This document shows positions 18,355-27,105 of a stretch of DNA of 64,000 bases, piece after piece. The translations under genes were made by a program, and so were the position numbers. Numbering within the stretch: position 1 is the stretch's first letter; each line of letters starts with the position of its first letter. The stretch comes from Streptosporangiales bacterium. GTDB lineage: Bacteria; Actinomycetota; Actinomycetes; Streptosporangiales; WHST01. The notes under the pieces were generated by a model that saw only the letters and a program-made list of their open reading frames with translations, was not told the DNA's origin and ran no database searches. The DNA lies in the NCBI GenBank assembly GCA_036378185.1, contig DASUWX010000012.1, positions 2,890-66,889 on the forward strand, read 5' to 3'.

Positions 18355-20784
18355 ATGACGGGCCGGCTCGACGGGGACGACTGGCAGCTGCGCGGCTTCC
18401 TCGGCGACGAGTGGCGGTGGCATCTCGACAAGCCGTGGGACGCCCCCGGCTGGATGCCGGCCCGGGTGCCCGGCAGCGTGCTCGACGACCTCTGGCGCGC
18501 GGGGGAGATCCCGGACCCGTACGTCGCGAGGAACACCCTCGCGGCCGAGTGGGTGTGGCAACGGGCGTGGGTGTACCGCCGGCGGATCTCCTCTCCCGGC
18601 GACGGGAACGCGGTCCTGCGCTTCGACGGGGTCGACCACGCGGCGACCGTGTGCCTCGACGGGGACGTCGTGGCCGCGCACGAGGGCATGTTCGTGCCGT
18701 TCGAGGTCGACGTCACCGACGCGCTCGCGGACGGCGCCGAGCACCTGCTCGCCGTCGTCGTCCATCCCGCCCCCGCGAACGAGCCACAGGTCGGGGAGAC
18801 GCACCGGGTGTCGGTGCACAAGAGCCGGATGGGCTACGGCTGGGACTTCTGCCCACGCCTCGTGCACCAGGGCGTCTGGCGCCCGGTCACGCTGACGGCA
18901 TGGCGGCACGCGCGGCTCGTCGACGTCTCGGTCGGCACGATGCTGGCGGAGGATCTGGCCACCGGCTCCGTCGAGGTGGTCGCCGAGGTCGAGGGCGTGG
19001 CGGACGCCGGGCTGCGCGTGACCGTCGCCGACGGCGACACCGTGGTAGCGAGTTCGGTCGAGGACGTGCGCGTCGACGGGCGTTCCCGGGTCCGGTCGAC
19101 CCTGCCGGTCGAACGGCCCAGGCTGTGGTGGCCGAACGGAGCGGGCGAGCAGCCGCTCTACCGGGTCGGCGTCGAGCTGTCGGTGCCAGGCGTCGCTCCG
19201 GGTGCGTCCGGCACCGAGAGGTACGTGGGGTTCCGACACCTCGCGGGACTGCCGCACGAGCCGGCCGTCAACGGCGAGCGGATGTTCGTCAAGGGCTGGA
19301 ACTGGGTGCCGCTCGACGCGCTCTACGGCGTCCCGCGCCCGGAGAAGCTCGACCACCTGCTGCGCCTCGCGAAGGAGGCGAACGTCAACCTGCTGCGCGT
19401 CTGGGGCGGCGGGCTGATCGAGACGCCCGGGTTCTACGACCGCTGCGACCGGCTCGGCCTGCTCGTGTGGCAGGAGTTCGCCATGTCCAGCTCCGGCTTC
19501 GCGAGCGTGCCGTCGGACGCACCGGGCTTCGTCGACCTGATGGTGCGCGACGCGCACGCGATCGTGCCGCCGCTGCGGCATCATCCCTCGCTCGCGATGT
19601 GGTGCGGCGGCAACGAGTTGGCCGGTCCCGAGGGCCCGCTGGACGACACGACACCGGTGCTCGGTGCCTTGCGCGACGTGGTGCGCGAGCTCGACCCGGG
19701 CCGTGCCTGGCTGCCGACGTCGCCGTCGCCGCACGACGACCACGGGCCGTGGGAGCACCAGGGCGTGAACGAACACCAGCGCTGCTACGACGCCGGCACG
19801 ACGCCGCTGCACAGCGAGTTCGGCGTCGAGGGCATGACCAACCCGCGCACCCTCGACGCCGTCGTGCCCGCCGGCTCGCGCTGGCCGGCCGATCGCGACA
19901 ACCCGGTCTACGCGCACCTGGGCGCGTGGTGGAACAACGCACCGCTCGTCCGGGCGTCGTTCGGCGGCCGGCTGCACGACCTCGACACCCTCGGCAGGGC
20001 CAGCAGGTTCCTGCAGGCCGACGGGCTGCGTTACGCCGTGGAGGCCAACCGGCGCAGGGCGCCGCGGTGCGGCGGCACGCTCCCGTGGCAGTTCGACGAG
20101 TCGTACCCGAACGCCTGGTGCACTGCCGCTGTCGACCACCGCGGCGACCCCAAGCCCGCCTACCACGCCGTCCGCCGCGCGTACTCCCGCCATCACGTGA
20201 GCGCCGCGTTCGAGCGGCAGGCGTGGGCGGGCGAGTCCGCGTTCGCGGCGCGGGTGTGGGCGTGCCTGGACGCGGCCGGGCCGGCGACGGTGACCGCGCG
20301 GCTGGTCGACGTGTGGGGGATGCCGCTGGCCGATCGGACCTGGACGGTCGACCTGCCCGCCGGCGAGGCCCGGCAGCTCGGCGAGCTCACCGCCGACCTG
20401 ACCGTCTCCGGCAGCGACGTGGTCGTCCTCGACCTCTCGCTGGACGCCGGCGACGGCGGGCAGCGGAACCGGTATCTGTTCAGCCGCACGGATGACCTCG
20501 CGCCGTTGCTCGACCTCCCCCCTGCCACGGTCGACGTCGAGGCCCGGCACGGCAGCGACTCGACACGGATCCGGGCCCGGCATGTCGACGGGCCCGCCGC
20601 GCTCGGCCTCGTGTTCGCCGACGGCCGCCGGTACGACGCGCCGGGCTGGGCGGTGTTCTCGGACAACTGGCTCGACCTCCTGCCCGGGGAGTCGGCGGCG
20701 GTGGACGTCCGCTGGCGTGCCGCGGGTGACGAGCGTCTGCTCTCCCTGGACGGGTGGAACGTGACGGTGCCCGATGTCCGCTGA
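18355..20784 (+). CDS. GH2 family beta-mannosidase-like glycosidase
   Basis: ATG 18355 is in frame with ORF 15970..20784. VPGSVLDDLWRAGEIPDPY, WCGGNEL (acid/base) and HSEFGVEG (nucleophile) match the GH2 beta-mannosidase pattern. Confidence 0.85.
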   Translation: MTGRLDGDDWQLRGFLGDEWRWHLDKPWDAPGWMPARVPGSVLDDLWRAGEIPDPYVARNTLAAEWVWQRAWVYRRRISSPGDGNAVLRFDGVDHAATVCLDGDVVAAHEGMFVPFEVDVTDALADGAEHLLAVVVHPAPANEPQVGETHRVSVHKSRMGYGWDFCPRLVHQGVWRPVTLTAWRHARLVDVSVGTMLAEDLATGSVEVVAEVEGVADAGLRVTVADGDTVVASSVEDVRVDGRSRVRSTLPVERPRLWWPNGAGEQPLYRVGVELSVPGVAPGASGTERYVGFRHLAGLPHEPAVNGERMFVKGWNWVPLDALYGVPRPEKLDHLLRLAKEANVNLLRVWGGGLIETPGFYDRCDRLGLLVWQEFAMSSSGFASVPSDAPGFVDLMVRDAHAIVPPLRHHPSLAMWCGGNELAGPEGPLDDTTPVLGALRDVVRELDPGRAWLPTSPSPHDDHGPWEHQGVNEHQRCYDAGTTPLHSEFGVEGMTNPRTLDAVVPAGSRWPADRDNPVYAHLGAWWNNAPLVRASFGGRLHDLDTLGRASRFLQADGLRYAVEANRRRAPRCGGTLPWQFDESYPNAWCTAAVDHRGDPKPAYHAVRRAYSRHHVSAAFERQAWAGESAFAARVWACLDAAGPATVTARLVDVWGMPLADRTWTVDLPAGEARQLGELTADLTVSGSDVVVLDLSLDAGDGGQRNRYLFSRTDDLAPLLDLPPATVDVEARHGSDSTRIRARHVDGPAALGLVFADGRRYDAPGWAVFSDNWLDLLPGESAAVDVRWRAAGDERLLSLDGWNVTVPDVR

Positions 20785-22687
20785 CGACCTCGCGCTCGAC
20801 GTCTCCGTGCTCCTGAAGGACGGGGGAGTCTCGGGCGACTTCGACACGGCGTACGAGAAGAGCGACGAGGGCAGCGGGCGTACGCAGGTCCGGCTCACCG
20901 TGACGTGCACGGCGGACGAGCCGGTCGAGGCGGGCGTCCGCGTGGCGGCCGCGCTCGGCGTCACGTCCGACCCGCACTGGCTGATCCCCGGGCTGTTCTA
21001 CGGCGAGAACCGGCTGGCGTCGTGCACGCGGCTCTACCCGCGGTTCGTCGCGACCGGCGCCGACCCGGCCCGGTTCGAGTCGGCGTCCTGGAGCTTCCGC
21101 GCCGACCGGTGCGCGACGCCCGCGGTTTTCGCGTGGGACGACGAAGGAGGGCTGGCGCTCGTCACGGCCGAGACGTCGCCGCTGGGGCAGGCGGGTGTCG
21201 GGTTCGCCTTCGCGGACGGGAGACCGTTGCTGCGCCTGCACTTCCCGTACCGCGAGGAGCCGGTCGCCTACGACGGCTCGGACGTCGCCCGTCCCGCGGA
21301 CCTGCCCGCGTACCGCTGGGCGCCGGGGGAGACGGCCGTCCTCGAGTTCGCCGTCCACCGGCTGTCGGCCGACCGGCACGACTACACCCGGGTCATCCGC
21401 GACGTGCACGCGCGTGGCAGGCAGAAGGCGGACGCGGCATGGGTCCCGATCGAGCAGGCCGCCGAGCTGACCGCCTGGGGACTGTGGCGCTGGCACTACA
21501 GGCCGGACCCGCCCGTGCTGCTCGAGACCGCGGCGTTCGACCGCGACGCGTTCGGCGACACGGCCGACAGGAAGGCGATGCACGTCTCCTGGGTCAGTGG
21601 CGTGCCGTACGCGCACGCCCTTCTGCTGCACGGCCGCCGCGTCGGTGCCGACAGGTACGTCGACGCCGCGACCGCGGTCATCGACAACGTCGCCGCGAAC
21701 CTCGCGCCGGGCGGCACCTTCTGGGGGCAGTGGAGCGCTTCGCGGGGCTGGCCCGGCGGGGATTCCGGGGGTGGCGGAGTGTGGACCGTCGGGTGGACGC
21801 CTGACCCGCGCCGGTTGCACGCGCGGACGCTGGGGGACGCCGCATTGTTCCTGGCCCGCGCGATCGCCGCGGAGCGCGCGCACGGTGTCGAGCATCCCGA
21901 CTGGGTCGCCGCGCTGCGGTCGAACCTCGACGTCGCCTGCGGGAGCCGGCGTGCCGACGGCGCGCTCGGCGCGGCGTACGACGCGCACACCGGAGAGGTG
22001 CTGTCGTGGGAGGGCAGCGCGGGGCTCGCCTGGGTGCCCGCGCTCGCGGAGGCGTCGGTCGCGCTCGGCGAGCCGCGCTACCTCGACGCCGCACGCCGGG
22101 CCGGCGCGTACTACCGCGCGACGCTCGACACCGAGTGGCTGTGCGGCGCGCCCGAGGACGTCGACCTCGCGCCCACGTCCGAGGACGGCTACCTCGCCGT
22201 CGTCGCGTACGTGGTGCTGCACGAGCTCGACCGGGGCGGCGGATGGCTGGACGCGGCGCGGCGTGCCGCCGACTGGACGCTGAGCTTCCGCTACACCTAC
22301 GACGTCGCGTTCCCGCCGCGCACGCTGCTCGGCCGGTACGGGTTCCGCTCCCGCGGCGCCGACCAGGCGTCCCCGGCGAACCAGCACCTGCACTCGTTCG
22401 GGTTGATCTGCCTGCCCGAGATGGTGCGGCTCGCGCGGTACACCGGTGACGGGTACTACCTCGCGTCCACGCGGGAGAACCTCGACTGCTTCCGGCAGTT
22501 CGTCGCCCGGGAGGACGGCGACTTCGACGCGTACCGCGGCATGGTGAGCGAGCGCTTCTACCAGACCGCGTGCTTCCAGGCGAAGGGCATGCTGCTGACG
22601 CTCTCGCACGCGTGGTGCGTCGGCGTGCTGCTGTACGCCTGCGAGGCGGCGCTGTCGATCCAGGAGCTGAACGGCGGAAGAGCGTGA
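20774..22687 (+). CDS. Uncharacterised 637-aa cytoplasmic protein, helical-repeat (possibly alpha/alpha-barrel) C-terminal half
   Basis: Strong GC3 frame. The start overlaps the GH2 stop by 11 nt and the stop overlaps the GH1 GTG (GTGA). No motif I can assign to a known family. Confidence 0.75.
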   Translation: MSADDLALDVSVLLKDGGVSGDFDTAYEKSDEGSGRTQVRLTVTCTADEPVEAGVRVAAALGVTSDPHWLIPGLFYGENRLASCTRLYPRFVATGADPARFESASWSFRADRCATPAVFAWDDEGGLALVTAETSPLGQAGVGFAFADGRPLLRLHFPYREEPVAYDGSDVARPADLPAYRWAPGETAVLEFAVHRLSADRHDYTRVIRDVHARGRQKADAAWVPIEQAAELTAWGLWRWHYRPDPPVLLETAAFDRDAFGDTADRKAMHVSWVSGVPYAHALLLHGRRVGADRYVDAATAVIDNVAANLAPGGTFWGQWSASRGWPGGDSGGGGVWTVGWTPDPRRLHARTLGDAALFLARAIAAERAHGVEHPDWVAALRSNLDVACGSRRADGALGAAYDAHTGEVLSWEGSAGLAWVPALAEASVALGEPRYLDAARRAGAYYRATLDTEWLCGAPEDVDLAPTSEDGYLAVVAYVVLHELDRGGGWLDAARRAADWTLSFRYTYDVAFPPRTLLGRYGFRSRGADQASPANQHLHSFGLICLPEMVRLARYTGDGYYLASTRENLDCFRQFVAREDGDFDAYRGMVSERFYQTACFQAKGMLLTLSHAWCVGVLLYACEAALSIQELNGGRA

Positions 22688-24057
22688 CCGCGTTGCGGTT
22701 CCCCGACGGGTTCCTGTGGGGCGTGGCGACGTCGGCGTACCAGGTCGAGGGCTCGGTGCGCGCGGACGGCCGCGGCGAGTCGATCTGGGACCGGTTCAGC
22801 CACGAGCCGGGCCGGATCGACGGCGGCGACACCGGCGACGTCGCCTGCGACCACTACGCGCGCTGGCGCGAGGACGTCGACCTGATGACCGAGCTCGGCG
22901 TCAACGCGTACCGCTTCTCGATCGCCTGGCCGCGGCTGTTCCCTACCGGTGCGGGGCCGGTCGAGCGGCGCGGCCTCGACCATTACGACCGGTTGCTGGA
23001 CGCCTTGCTGGACAAGGGGATCACGCCGATCGTCACCCTGTACCACTGGGATCTGCCGCAGGCGCTGCAGGACCGCGGCGGCTGGCGGGACCGTGCCACC
23101 GTCGACCGGTTCGCCGACTACGCCCGCACCTGCTTCGACGCGTACGGCGACCGCGTCGACTGGTGGGTGACCCAGAACGAGCCGTGGATCGTCGGGTTGC
23201 TCGGCCACCGGCTCGGGCTGCACGCGCCGGGGGAGCGCGACCTCGCCGCGTCCGTCACCGTCATGCACCACCTGCTGCTCGCGCACGGCCGGGCGAGCGC
23301 CGCGCTGCGGGCGAGCGACCACCCGGGCAGGGCCGGCGTGGCGCAGGCCCTGTTCCCGAACTACCCCGCCACCGACTCTCCCGAGGACAGGGCGGCGGCG
23401 TACGCCTCGGACGGCTACGTGAACCGCTGGGTGCTCGACCCTCTGTTCCGCGGCGAGTACCCGCGGGACATGGCGGAACACTACGAGCGCATCGGCGCGC
23501 CGCTGTCGGCCGTCCGCGACGGCGACCTGGCCGAGATCGCGACGGGCTGCGACTTCATCGGCGTCAACTACTACACCGACCGGGTGATCCGTGCGGGGGA
23601 GGGCGACGGGCCGTTCGGCTGGCAGGTACTGCCGGTGCCCGAGGGCACCCGCGTGACCGACGCCGGCTGGAAGGTGACACCGGAGGCGTTCACCGACCTG
23701 CTCGTCCGGCTGCACACCGACTATCCCGGCGTACCGCTTCTCGTCACCGAGAACGGCGGCGTCTACGGCGACGGGCCGGACGCCGACGGCCGGGTCAGGG
23801 ACGCCCGGCGGGTGGCGTTCCTGCACGACCACCTCACCGCGTTGCACCGCGCGGTCTCCGCCGGCGTTCCCGTCCGCGGCTACTGCCACTGGTCCCTCAT
23901 GGACAACTTCGAGTGGGCGATGGGCTACGCGAAACGGTTCGGCCTGGTGCACGTCGACTACGCGACGCAGCGGCGGACGGTGAAGGACAGCGGCCGGTAC
24001 TACCGGCAGGTCGCGACGTCCGGCGTCCTGCCGCCGACCCCGTGCGGCGAACCGTGA
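22684..24057 (+). CDS. GH1 beta-glucosidase/beta-glycosidase
   Basis: FLWGVATSAYQVEG, TLYHWDLPQ, VTQNEPW (acid/base) and VTENG (nucleophile). Confidence 0.92.
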   Translation: MTALRFPDGFLWGVATSAYQVEGSVRADGRGESIWDRFSHEPGRIDGGDTGDVACDHYARWREDVDLMTELGVNAYRFSIAWPRLFPTGAGPVERRGLDHYDRLLDALLDKGITPIVTLYHWDLPQALQDRGGWRDRATVDRFADYARTCFDAYGDRVDWWVTQNEPWIVGLLGHRLGLHAPGERDLAASVTVMHHLLLAHGRASAALRASDHPGRAGVAQALFPNYPATDSPEDRAAAYASDGYVNRWVLDPLFRGEYPRDMAEHYERIGAPLSAVRDGDLAEIATGCDFIGVNYYTDRVIRAGEGDGPFGWQVLPVPEGTRVTDAGWKVTPEAFTDLLVRLHTDYPGVPLLVTENGGVYGDGPDADGRVRDARRVAFLHDHLTALHRAVSAGVPVRGYCHWSLMDNFEWAMGYAKRFGLVHVDYATQRRTVKDSGRYYRQVATSGVLPPTPCGEP

Positions 24058-24124
24058 CGTGGTGGCCTTGCTGCCCTGGTAGGGGCCACGACGCACCCAC
24101 GGGGCGGGTGCGGAAGGAGAGCCC

Positions 24125-25657
24125 GTGACGGCGACGGGACGGCACGCCGAGCTGGTGGTGTACGCCGCGACCGCGGCGGGTGTCGCCGCGGCCGTGTCCG
24201 CGGCGAGGCACGGCGTCGGCGTCGTGCTGCTCGAACCCGGCCGCCACGTCGGCGGCATGGTGTCGGGCGGCCTGGGGTACACCGACGTCGGCGACGCCCG
24301 GGTCGTCGGCGGCATCGCGCGCGAGTTCGCCGCGGCCGTCGCGGAGCACTACGGCGTGCGGATCGGGGACTATGCGGGGCCCGAGCCGCACGTCGCCGAG
24401 CAGATCTTCCGTCGCTGGCTCGAGGACGCCGGTGTCGAGGTCGTGCACGACGCACCGCTCGGCGGCGTCGAACTGGCGGGCGCTCGGATCGTCGCCGTCA
24501 CCGCGGGCGGGAAGCGTTACACCGCAGGGGTCTTCGTGGACGCCGGCTACGAGGGCGATCTGCTCGCGAAGGCGGGCGTGCCGTACGCCGTCGGCCGCGA
24601 GGACCGGTCGCTGCACGGTGAGTCGCTCGCCGGGCGCACCGAGATCCGGCCCGGCAAGCATCAGTTCCCGCACTACGTCTCGCCGTTCCGCGCCGGCACC
24701 GACGAGGTGGTGCCGTTCGTCAGGAACGAGCCGATGGCCGACGTGGGCGCCGGCGACGGCGCGGTGATGTCCTACGGCTACCGCGTCTGCCTGAGCAGCG
24801 GGCCCGACCGCCGGCCCTTCGAGCGCCGTGACGGGTACGACCCGGCGCAGTGGGAGCTGGCGCGCAACTGGTTCCGCCGGCTCGCCGAGGACGGCGTCGA
24901 GCTGCGCGCCGACCAGGTCGTCGGCCTGGTGCGCAACCTGCCCAACGGCAAGTGCGACGGCAACTCGATCGGGCCGTTCTCCCTGAACCTGCTGGACGGC
25001 ACCAACCGGGCGTACCCCGACGGCTCACCGGAGGATCGCGAGCGCGTGCGGCGCGTGCACCGCGACTACACGCGCGACTTCTTCTGGTTCATGTCGACCG
25101 ACCCCGACGTGCCCCGTGGCGTGCGCGACGGGCTCGCCGCATGGGGCTGGGCCGCCGACGAGTTCCTCGACACCGACGGCCTGCCGCACCAGTTCTACGT
25201 CCGCGAGGCGCGGCGCATGCGGGGTGAGTACGTGCTGACCCAGCACGACCTGCTGCCGGCACCCCGCCGCCAGTACGACGTCGTGGCGATGGGTTCGTAC
25301 CACATCGACGTCCGCGAGGTGCAGCGCGTGTGGCGCAGCGCGTACGAGCACCCGGACGAGCGCTGCGAGGTCGTCAACGAGGGCTACCAGTCCATCGGCG
25401 TGCGGCCGTACCCGATCCCGTACCGCTCCCTGGTGCCCCGCTTCGACGACTGCTCGAACCTGATCGTCCCGGTGTGCGTGAGCGCGTCGCACGTGGCGTT
25501 CGCGTCGGTCCGGATGGAGCCGCAGTACGAGATGCTCGGCCACATCGCCGGCCTGGCCGCCGTGCTCGCTCTCGCCGGCGACCGGGAGGTGCAGCGCGTC
25601 GACGTCGGCGAGCTGCAGCGCCGGCTGGTGGACGAGGGCCAGGTCCTGGCCCTGTGA
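24125..25657 (+). CDS. FAD-dependent oxidoreductase (FAD_oxidored-type, function unknown)
   Basis: N-terminal dinucleotide fold LVVYAATAAGVAAAVSAARHGVGVVLLEPGRHVGGM. Last gene of the mannoside operon. Confidence 0.8.
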   Translation: MTATGRHAELVVYAATAAGVAAAVSAARHGVGVVLLEPGRHVGGMVSGGLGYTDVGDARVVGGIAREFAAAVAEHYGVRIGDYAGPEPHVAEQIFRRWLEDAGVEVVHDAPLGGVELAGARIVAVTAGGKRYTAGVFVDAGYEGDLLAKAGVPYAVGREDRSLHGESLAGRTEIRPGKHQFPHYVSPFRAGTDEVVPFVRNEPMADVGAGDGAVMSYGYRVCLSSGPDRRPFERRDGYDPAQWELARNWFRRLAEDGVELRADQVVGLVRNLPNGKCDGNSIGPFSLNLLDGTNRAYPDGSPEDRERVRRVHRDYTRDFFWFMSTDPDVPRGVRDGLAAWGWAADEFLDTDGLPHQFYVREARRMRGEYVLTQHDLLPAPRRQYDVVAMGSYHIDVREVQRVWRSAYEHPDERCEVVNEGYQSIGVRPYPIPYRSLVPRFDDCSNLIVPVCVSASHVAFASVRMEPQYEMLGHIAGLAAVLALAGDREVQRVDVGELQRRLVDEGQVLAL

Positions 25658-25672
25658 CGAGCCGTCCGCCTG

Positions 25673-26056
25673 CTACTGGACGATCTCCAGCCGGTTGCCG
25701 TCCTGGTCGCGGAACGCGAACATAGGCGGGGTGCCCGGCCACCGGAGCAGCTCGCCGACCGTGACCCCGGCCGCCTCGAGCTGCGCGTGCAGGGCGGCGG
25801 CGTCCGGCGTACTGAGCCTGATGCCGGTCTCGACGCCCGTGGGCTTGTCCTCGGACGCGGGGACGAGCGCGATCGTGACGTTCGAACCCCGGGGCGCCAC
25901 CTGGATCCAGCGGCCGCCGAGCTGCGGCAGCGGGACGTCCATGCGCTTCTCGAGACCCAGCGTCTCGACGTAGAATGAGACGGCGCGGTCCTGGTCGGTG
26001 ACCGGGACGCCCACGACGGGGATCCCGGTGATCGGGGTACTGGTCTGCTCGGTCAT
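25673..26056 (-). CDS. VOC/glyoxalase-family protein
   Basis: VPVTDQDRAVSFYVETLGL...AFRDQDGNRLEIVQ is the typical glyoxalase/bleomycin-resistance fold pattern. Confidence 0.85.
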   Translation of the reverse strand: MTEQTSTPITGIPVVGVPVTDQDRAVSFYVETLGLEKRMDVPLPQLGGRWIQVAPRGSNVTIALVPASEDKPTGVETGIRLSTPDAAALHAQLEAAGVTVGELLRWPGTPPMFAFRDQDGNRLEIVQ

Positions 26057-26231
26057 GATGGTTCTCCAAGGTCGTGAGGTCGTCCGTCACCGCCTACACG
26101 AACGGGGCACGCCCGGATCGACACCGACAGCGGGCAGGAACCGCGGCGCGGCCGATCCGGCGCGGGCGACCGGCGGTGGTGCCCGGCCCGTGCCCTCGGG
26201 AACACCCGGTACCTGCGCCCCGGCTGGGACG

Positions 26232-26966
26232 GTGGACGAGACGCCTGGAATCGAACCGGTCACCGCGACCGCCCCCGGCAAGGTCACGCGCACGCTGTCG
26301 CAGACCTGGGCCGACGTGGTCATGGTGCACTGGCGGGCCGACCCCGGCGCCGTGGCCCCGCTGCTCCCGGCCGGCACCCGCGTCGACACGCTGAACGGTT
26401 CGACGTTCGTGAGCCTGGTGTGCCTGGTGGCGCGGCGGAGCCGGCTCGGCGGCGTCGTGCCGGCCGCGCCGCCGTTCGGCGAGGTGAACGTACGGCTCTA
26501 CGCCGTCGACGGCAGCGGCCGCAGGGGAACGGTCTTCGTCACGATGGAGGCGTCGTCCTCGGTGCCGGTGCTGACCGCGCGGCCGCTGCTCGGCCTGCCC
26601 TACCGGCGTGCCCGCATCGCCGTGGGGCGGGGGCCGACGGCGGTCCGGTACGAGACGGTACGGCGTACCCCGCGCGGCGACACGGGCATCAGGCTGCGGG
26701 CGCGGATCGGCCCGCCGCGCCCGGCGGACCCGACGGTGTCGTTCCTGACCGCCAGGTGGCGGCTGTTCACCGCCCGCGGGCACCGCTCGCTGAGCCTCGA
26801 CGTGGCCCATCCGCCCTGGTCCCTGTGCACGGTCGACGGTCTCGACGTCTCGGGGACGCTCCTCCAGGACGTGGGCGTCGAGCCGTACGGGCCGCCGTTG
26901 CACCCGACCTGGTCGCCGCGCTGCCCGGTGCGGTTCGGCGTCCCTGAGCCACTGACGGCCGCGTGA
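26232..26966 (+). CDS. DUF2071 (YqjF-like) family protein, start uncertain
   Basis: The pattern WADVVMVHWRADPGAVAPLLPAG...FGEVNVRLY resembles DUF2071. GTG 26232 was chosen because the upstream part of the ORF is a low-complexity shadow. Confidence 0.55.
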   Translation: MDETPGIEPVTATAPGKVTRTLSQTWADVVMVHWRADPGAVAPLLPAGTRVDTLNGSTFVSLVCLVARRSRLGGVVPAAPPFGEVNVRLYAVDGSGRRGTVFVTMEASSSVPVLTARPLLGLPYRRARIAVGRGPTAVRYETVRRTPRGDTGIRLRARIGPPRPADPTVSFLTARWRLFTARGHRSLSLDVAHPPWSLCTVDGLDVSGTLLQDVGVEPYGPPLHPTWSPRCPVRFGVPEPLTAA

Positions 26967-27105
26967 TCAGCTCACGAGCGTCCGGCATCTGCGTTCCCGT
27001 CCGCCGACGGCCGGTAGTGCCCGGAACGAGGTCCCCGGCAGGGTTGTCCGGCAGCGGACGGCGTGGCCGAATGGAGGTGAACGGAACGCGGCACGGAGAG
27101 CGAGG

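Noticed and set aside
26237-26250. TGGAATCGAACCGG, a half-match to the LacI-type operator core near the DUF2071-like gene.
   Set aside because: Only one half-site matches and the second arm is unrelated. It is likely coincidental.
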